A stretch of DNA of 64,000 bases from Dehalococcoidia bacterium (GTDB lineage Bacteria; Chloroflexota; Dehalococcoidia; Lucifugimonadales; QGNO01), in contig OZ240235.1 of NCBI GenBank assembly GCA_965197965.1, forward strand, positions 549,820 through 613,819. Direction: 5' to 3'. Below, piece after piece: positions 63,894-64,000 of this stretch. The position numbers were made by a program, and so were the translations under genes. A model generated the notes under the pieces. It had not been told where the DNA came from. It did not search any database and saw only the letters and a program-made list of their open reading frames with translations. Within the stretch, counting starts at the first letter, position 1, and every line of letters starts with the position of its first letter.

Positions 63894-64000
63894 TTGCCAA
63901 CGGAATCTCGTCGCATAAGGGTGCTGCTGGCCGACGACCATGCGGTCACGCGGGAAGGTCTTCAGGTGATGCTGGAGCGGTCTGGGGAGTTCGAGGTGGT
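63894..64000 (+). CDS. Response regulator, NarL/LuxR-type receiver domain (5' part; runs off the right edge)
   Basis: The TTG at 63894 is preceded by AAGGAGGG. It reads (M)PTESRRIRVLLADDHAVTREGLQVMLERSGEFEVV, a typical REC N-terminus paired with HisKA_3 kinases. Confidence 0.75.
   Translation, partial: MPTESRRIRVLLADDHAVTREGLQVMLERSGEFEV

Overview
This is a bacterial chromosomal window, moderately high in GC by eye, with no rRNA genes and no CRISPR array. All family names come from motif recognition on the supplied translations and on my own reverse-strand translations. No database search was possible.

**Part 1 (1-24.9 kb): core and catabolic genes.**
- Genes present: secA (partial), prs, thiolase, purA, two tandem FAH-family hydrolases, a HAD hydrolase, a PIG-L deacetylase, DUF2779, a VapBC pair, a family-5 ABC binding protein, a MacB-like ABC pair, a SAM methyltransferase, two family-III CoA-transferases, a MATE exporter, tRNA(CAU) and tRNA-Gly(UCC).
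- Three genes here are broken in the ORF track by an in-frame TGA that sits exactly at a redox-cysteine position:
  - a GrdB-family protein (U-P-V-C, TGA 8553-8551);
  - a DUF3179 protein (U-T-L-C in place of the family CxxC, TGA 17189-17187, with a perfect 8-bp hairpin 13 nt downstream);
  - a peroxiredoxin (peroxidatic position, TGA 20309-20307).
- I read these as selenocysteine recoding events. The DUF3179 case is the one I do not recognise as a described selenoprotein.
- A low-GC single-gene insertion (a PD-(D/E)xK-like ORF) lies between DUF2779 and VapBC and abuts a DinB-like gene remnant.

**Part 2 (24.9-27.8 kb): decayed integrated element next to tRNA-Gly.** It contains an AlpA-like gene, HTH fragments, a PAPS-reductase-like pseudogene, an MMPL C-terminal fragment and an IS/phage-type HTH ORF. 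No integrase is visible.

**Part 3 (27.8-64 kb): a roughly 34-kb locus of secreted or surface proteins, nearly all on the minus strand.**
- A six-gene run (27843-36442) encodes a Cache lipoprotein, Ig-like, cadherin-like/FN3 and LRR proteins.
- One giant protein has 3061 aa: propeller repeats, LRR, a PQQ-type sugar dehydrogenase propeller, PEP-utilising/PPDK_N-like domains and about 88-aa 'YQW' modules.
- A second giant protein has 3236 aa: about 16 cadherin-type repeats, a Gly14 run and a dockerin-like tail. It is followed by a PEPEPTAT-repeat membrane-anchored protein.
- The locus is interrupted by an alpha/beta hydrolase plus an MMPL/RND transporter, and ends at a HisKA_3 sensor kinase and a NarL-type response regulator.
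- A conserved non-coding cassette of about 125-650 bp, with divergent sigma70-like promoter candidates, occurs four times. It sits upstream of each surface-protein transcription unit.
- The locus also contains gene-end remnants, a duplicated kinase 5' end and an IS21 IstB fragment.

Gene content is reminiscent of marine or host-associated Chloroflexota-like genomes, but that is an untested guess.
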